Shown here piece by piece: positions 62,215-64,000 of a stretch of DNA of 64,000 bases. The DNA is from Octopus sinensis (Eukaryota): positions 182,218,001-182,282,000 of the forward strand of contig NC_042998.1 of assembly GCF_006345805.1 (NCBI RefSeq). The letters are read 5' to 3'. Position 1 is the first letter of the stretch. Every line of letters begins with the position of its first letter. The notes under the pieces were generated by a model that worked only from the letters and a program-made list of their open reading frames with translations, made no database searches and had not been told where the DNA came from. The translations under genes were made by a program, and so were the position numbers.

Positions 62215-63500
62215 ATGGGTGTCGACAAAAAACAGAAGGCATGATGATTCATATATTGAATATAATTTTATATCCATCATTACTAAAGGAGAAGAAAGGG
62301 CTTAATGTGCTATTTGAGGCAAAGCTTTGTCAATAATACTATGAACCCATCAAAGTTGAAGCAATATTTATCATCAACATTAAACTAGTATAAAAGTCTT
62401 CTTGAATATCATGGGAATACTTTCAAATTACTGAAGCATGACTCAAGGAATATTCCAACAAATAAATTTTAAAAATTATTGAAGCTTCTTATGTCATTAT
62501 ACCAGAGGCAGAGAAAAGAAAACCGTATACAATTAGAAACTTTGATCAAGCCTTGCGCTCTCGAAATGATGGAAAAATTATATTGAAAAATCGATTGAAG
62601 AAAAACCTTCTGCGGTTTCATTATGAAACACCACTATTCAAAGAAGGATCAGTGATAAAGCTGTTAACAAGCAAGGATCAAGTTGTGAAGGAGATCAAGT
62701 TTGCAACATTGACTTATTTCTAGTTTAGCTTAATAGACTGGATGGCGAGGTTTGCAAGATATATTGACGCAGCTTCGTTTGAAGAAGAGTTTCTTTCTTG
62801 TTTTCATCTTGAAATAGCTAGTATGGTTCAAATACTTCTTGAAAGGCTAAATGTTTCATGCGACAAAAAATCTTTTGTGAGTGCTGTACAACTACGTTGG
62901 GAACAAAATTCAGATTTCAAGTAAAACTGTGATCTCCAGAAGTAAATGACATTCATTGTAGGATCCATCGTCAGACACTGACATCAAAAGTATTTCCAGC
63001 TCTATTGGATCAATTCATGTTTTGAATTTTGTCAAATAAAGAGTTTGGGGCTCCTGGCATTTTAAGCAGTTGATATGGCTAGAGTCCATAACTTTTCTTT
63101 CCTACACAAACGTTTTAAATGTAATGGAAGGAGTAACTGAGCTTAAATTACTTTTCTGAAGTTCAAGATAGGGTCGAATTCTTTCCTGGCGCAATAAGGA
63201 ATGGATCATGCACCTTGTCTGTTTGATAAATATTTTGGAGCACTTAAGTAACTTGAATCTTCAGATGTAAGGAATTAATATAAACAAAATGAATCGATGC
63301 TTTGAAAGCTTTCACGAACAAACTGAACAAGTGGAAAAAGAAACGGTTCCAATTTTTGCTGCTAGCAACGAAAATCTAGGAGCTTCCAAAATTTGCAAAA
63401 CACGACATTCTTTAACGTCTGACATAACTAGAAAATGAACTCAACCGACGTTTTCTTGAATTCAATGATGAGGAGTTGGATTATCTCTTGAAAATGTTCC
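62215..63500 (+). pseudogene. Fossil hAT transposase (Buster/Charlie, ZBED5/ZBED8-like)
   Basis: Frameshifted motifs RRHDDSYIEY...EERA*CAI*GKAL...MNPSKLKQ, KPYTI..TLIKPCALEM, ARYID..FEEEFLSC, HCRIHRQTL and LSNLNLQM match this family; many stops. Confidence 0.8.
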
Positions 63501-63778
63501 TTACGCTCATTGAGATGGATTTTTGGGTGTACAGTAAAAGTGGTCGGTGACTTGGAAGTAATCTTAGTGGTTGGAAGTGATCTTAGTGGTCTGTTCTTGG
63601 AGACGAAGGTACAAGTAAGGCATTGAGAAAGAGAGCGTTTAAAATTACCGGGAATTCTTGACCAAGAGGTTATGAAAATATTTATAAAATTGTCCCAGGA
63701 AAAGACAAATAAACAAAGTTAAAACATTCTCAACTTGCACACATTTAAATGCACCTAAATAATTTTAATGCGAACTCA

Positions 63779-63839
<61 letters not shown>

Positions 63840-64000
63840 TATGTGTGTGTGTGCGTGTGTGCGTGCGCGTATCGCCGTGGCACACAAGCAAATAGTTCTT
63901 ACACTAAATATAGTCATGGACTGGCAATTCGATTCATCTCTGGTTCAACTCAAGTACGTGATGCTGATAAGCCACTAAAATGGCGAACTCCTGAAAGGCT

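Overview
AT-rich, microsatellite-dense eukaryotic DNA, intergenic or intronic in character. The SINE families look like those of Octopus/coleoid cephalopods; this is my recognition and needs a BLAST/Dfam check. I can support no intact protein-coding gene, rRNA, tRNA gene or CRISPR array. Nearly all listed ORFs are read-throughs of (TA)n/(CA)n/(ATCT)n repeats or transposon debris. Contents: (1) 12 copies of a ~400-450 bp MITE with 5'-GGATC...GATCC-3' TIRs, mostly 8-bp TSDs and an internal TTAGGG tract; (2) three tRNA-derived SINE groups, many with clear TSDs; (3) decayed LINE pieces (CR1/Jockey-like, RTE, RLE-type with CCHC + PD-(D/E)xK, possible L1/Tx1), a decayed Helitron helicase, a fossil hAT (Buster/Charlie-like) transposase and several Tc1/pogo and hAT MITEs; (4) a few weak candidate exons. 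The most notable signal, invisible in the ORF track, is a set of unrelated short inserts, mostly sitting in (TA)n tracts, that each carry a type I hammerhead ribozyme motif. I count about 10 motifs from about 7 sequence families. They occur as ~350-360 bp partial tandems or fold-back palindromes, the largest being 819 bp with a ribozyme in each arm, and one has a compensatory U3-A8 core. This fits Penelope-like-element pLTR / non-LTR-retrozyme biology. All folds and alignments were done by eye, and ribozyme activity is untested.
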